The position numbers and the translations under genes are program-made. From Cenarchaeum sp. (GTDB lineage: Archaea; Thermoproteota; Nitrososphaeria; Nitrososphaerales; Nitrosopumilaceae), in the NCBI GenBank assembly GCA_963692915.1, contig OY843584.1, forward strand, positions 352,001-416,000: a stretch of 64,000 bases of DNA, given 5' to 3'. A model generated the notes under the pieces. That model saw only the letters and a program-made list of their open reading frames with translations, was not told the origin of the DNA and made no database searches. This document shows positions 62,973 through 64,000 of the stretch, piece after piece; within the stretch, counting starts at the first letter, position 1; each line of letters begins with the position of its first letter.

Positions 62973-64000
62973 CGCGCGCGAGCTTGTCATTGTGCCAAAG
63001 GTCGCGCGCTCGCGCCTTGGCGCCTTTGCGCGCGAGGCGATCTCGGCGGGCGCAACGATGGTCTATGCCGATCCCGCAGCGCTCGGCGCTGCGCGCGTCC
63101 CCACAATGCACACGTCACAGTCAGCCGGCCACGTGGTCCTAGAGGGCACTGCGCGTCCGCGCCGCGTGCGCGGCAAAAAGGTTGGCCGGCGGTTTCGGAT
63201 ACTCTCAAATGAGGACATTGACGGGGTTTTAAAGGCCGCATCGGCCGGACTCGACTTTGTCATAGTCGACGTGAGGGACTGGAGGATAATCCCCCTAGAG
63301 AACGTTATCGCAAAGCTCCACAAGGCCCACACGCGCATATTTGCCTCGGCGCGCACGCCTGCCGAGGTCCGCAAGATGTTCTCGATACTCGAGGTAGGCG
63401 TTGATGGCGTCATATTCACGGCGTCCTCGATAGGGGCCGTGCGCGAGGCCACGCTGTACCTGGGCTCCAAAAAGTTTGCCCTCGAGGCGGCCAGGGTGAC
63501 TGAGGTCCGCGAGGTCGGCGACGGCGAGCGCGTCTGCGTGGACACGGCCTCGATGCTCCACAGGGGCGAGGGGATGCTTGTGGGGAGCCAGTCCAACTTT
63601 ATGTTCCTCGTTCACAACGAGTCAGTCGGCTCGTCGTTCACGTCACCGCGCCCGTTTCGCGTCAACGCCGGCGCGGTCCACTGCTATACGACGATGCCCG
63701 ATGGCACGACTAGCTATCTGTCAGAGCTAGAGTCAGGCAGCGAGATACTCGTCATGGGCCGCGGGGGAAACGCGCGGCGCGCCACAGTCGGGCGCTCAAA
63801 GATCGAGCGGCGCCCAATGCTCCTTGTAAAGGCCGAGACGTCCGGCGGCTCTGGCGGGATAATAGCGCAGGACGCCGAGACGATACGCTTTGTAAAGCCC
63901 GGCGGGAGCCTGGTCTCAGTCACGCACCTAAAGCGCGGCGACTCTGTCATGGTGCACTCTGCACCTGCGCGCGGGAGGCACTTTGGGATGGAGGTCTCTG
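62965..64000 (+). CDS. aroB': 3-dehydroquinate synthase II (AroB'), truncated by the window end
   Basis: Own translation from TTG 62965: DWRIIPLEN, LEVGVDG, GERVCVDT, RPFRVNAGAVH, KIERRP, QDAETIR, RHFG. Confidence 0.93.
   Translation, partial: MASARELVIVPKVARSRLGAFAREAISAGATMVYADPAALGAARVPTMHTSQSAGHVVLEGTARPRRVRGKKVGRRFRILSNEDIDGVLKAASAGLDFVIVDVRDWRIIPLENVIAKLHKAHTRIFASARTPAEVRKMFSILEVGVDGVIFTASSIGAVREATLYLGSKKFALEAARVTEVREVGDGERVCVDTASMLHRGEGMLVGSQSNFMFLVHNESVGSSFTSPRPFRVNAGAVHCYTTMPDGTTSYLSELESGSEILVMGRGGNARRATVGRSKIERRPMLLVKAETSGGSGGIIAQDAETIRFVKPGGSLVSVTHLKRGDSVMVHSAPARGRHFGMEVS

Overview
Core-genome segment of a GC-rich ammonia-oxidising archaeon (Nitrososphaerota/Thaumarchaeota, Nitrosopumilaceae-like). 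The assignment rests on the archaeal 16S-23S operon without linked 5S, unsplit Rpo1, PEFG-CTERM proteins, CdvA, DnaJ-ferredoxin and 3HP/4HB-cycle genes. High GC suggests a Cenarchaeum-like or sponge-associated lineage (inference). The window holds TFE, the RNA polymerase/ribosomal protein cluster, 3HP/4HB carbon-fixation enzymes, PolB, ThyX, FtsY, ScpAB, aroA'/aroB', and four tRNAs (Gln with two introns, two Arg, Tyr with a 47-nt intron). It also has one complete single-ORF IS66-family element with 16-bp TIRs and an 8-bp TSD. The most notable accessory signal is three dispersed, visibly lower-GC islets, each encoding a YwgA/Panacea(SocA)-like antitoxin-type protein. One has an intact 3-TM partner gene; two have at most decayed partners. 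Other oddities: two similar single-TM microproteins missed by the ORF track, a signal peptidase fused to an HPD-less J-domain, an H1-like AKK tail on methylmalonyl-CoA mutase, and an FtsY whose DARGG motif has become poly-Gly.
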